Assembly: GCA_965153455.1 (NCBI GenBank)
Contig: OZ234494.1
Location: forward strand, 4,340,001-4,404,000
Length of the DNA: 64,000 bases
Reading direction: 5' to 3'
DNA from: Sphagnum compactum
Lineage: Eukaryota
The stretch's first letter is position 1. The number at the start of each line of letters is the position of its first letter. A model generated the notes under the pieces. The model saw nothing but the letters and a program-made list of their open reading frames with translations. It searched no databases and was not told where the DNA came from. Shown one piece after another: positions 62,610-64,000 of this stretch. A program made the position numbers and the translations under genes.

Positions 62610-63160
62610 TTGCAAGGTGCATTCTAAGGGGTATTATTAATGTATATAAGCCTTGGACAAGTTTAATCAATGGAAGAATTGACTCTTTGAATGAAATGTG
62701 TGTTGTGCAAATAAATTGATTTGGAGGCATCGCAAATTTGTGTCAATAGAGGTTGAAAATGTTTGCAAAAAGTGGAAAACATAAAATGGTATCCTCCTTC
62801 CCTAATTGTTGATCTTCCAAGGTTGATGCACATTTGTTGTTTTCAATTCATGCATGCCAAAATTACAAGTTTAGGGTTAATGGGTTGTTGCATAATTGTG
62901 AGGTGCATATTAGGCAATATTACTAATGGATAGGCCTTAAACAAGTTTTTTGGGTAAGTTTAGCATTGACTTGTTTGTATGGTGTACAAGTTTGATTATG
63001 ATATTGGTAAGGTGAAACAAATCATTCATGTCTAATTGAGGTTGCAAGATGTTTGCTATGAAAATTTAAAATACACACAATGTTGGCTTCTCTACCTAAT
63101 TACCAATCTTGAAAGGTCCATGTACATTTGTTGTTTTTAATATATGCATTTAAAACTTAA
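62610..63160. repeat. Old, diverged tandem duplication of about 285 bp
   Basis: aggtgcat...gcctt...acaagttt...gaggttg...atgtttgc...cctaatt...acatttgttgtttt...atgcat occurs from about 62613 and again from about 62900. Confidence 0.6.
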
Positions 63161-64000
63161 GTGTTCAAGTTGTGTAGAATATTTAAAGGGGACACATTCA
63201 CAAACAATATAACATCCTTTGGACCTAAGGGAAAGGCACCTTCTTCAAAGGAAATTATGTTGTCTAAGAACAAGTCCCTTGTGATTTTTTTGACATTTGT
63301 CCTAGTTGCTTTTGATAGCTGAACATTAAACATAACTAGCTTGTTGGTCATTTTAATTTTAAAAAAAATAAAAATTAAGACAACCATTACGATTTAAAAA
63401 TCATACCACCAATAAAGAGGAAAAACCTTAAGGCTTTGGATGCTTCCAAAAACTAGACATCCTAATTATTAGCTACATAAACCCCTTAGATTTAGCCCTA
63501 GAACTAAAGTGTGATAACCTAACCTTGCTTGCACCCTTTTACCCTATTTTGAACATTAATTCTAGATATGAAAAATTTTAGATCTCATGACTAGTTTTCA
63601 CACAAGAGATAATCAAAAATCAAGATATTAATCCAAGTATTATTAAATTTGATATTCATAAATGTTCAATGTTTAATGTTCAAGGTTTTTTTTTATACCC
63701 ACCCAACACTAGTATTCAATATTGACCACATTTCACTTTGAAATGAAAGAAAACCTTCTCCTATTAGCATATAGGATTAGTTGGACCCACATTCTCTTGG
63801 TTATTTGGATTGCCAACAACCAAGGTGAATGGACATTGCCCACATATGAAAGATGTAGAAAAATAAGAAAAAAACAAATTAAAATAATAAACAACGCACC
63901 AAGATGAAAAAAAAAATTAGAGAAAAAAAATTGGTAACTTAATATTCTTGAATGACTATTGCTATTCAAACAAAGCTTAGATTTAAATGTAAAAGGATGG

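Overview
Eukaryotic land-plant nuclear DNA, probably a bryophyte (the repeat landscape looks Sphagnum-like; this is inference from recalled repeat families, not a search). GC-richer, intron-dense gene islands are separated by very AT-rich, transposon-derived spacers. Hand-spliced genes: plastid-type soluble inorganic pyrophosphatase (+, 6 exons, 321 aa), Niemann-Pick C1-like sterol transporter (-, 39 exons, 1324 aa), MSH2 (+, 15 exons, 955 aa), tRNA-Ala(CGC), a PITP pseudogene (+) and a single-HMG-box HMGB-like gene (-). The spacers hold hAT/BED, MULE/SWIM, pogo-like DDE and several CACTA remnants, a 5'-truncated non-LTR retroelement with a restriction-like endonuclease (RLE), and several tandem arrays. 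Best leads: (1) an HMG-box gene with no acidic tail and a possible in-frame N-terminal targeting extension; (2) a 1.7 kb codon-phased array that reads as a decayed His/Asp/Glu-rich protein and abuts the RLE retroelement; (3) a CACTA element carrying a ~330 bp foldback plus GC-richer cargo; (4) telomere-type repeats in NPC1 introns; (5) two GC-AG introns and an 8-nt microexon. I found no CRISPR array or prokaryotic system, and no wholly new system is established from sequence alone.
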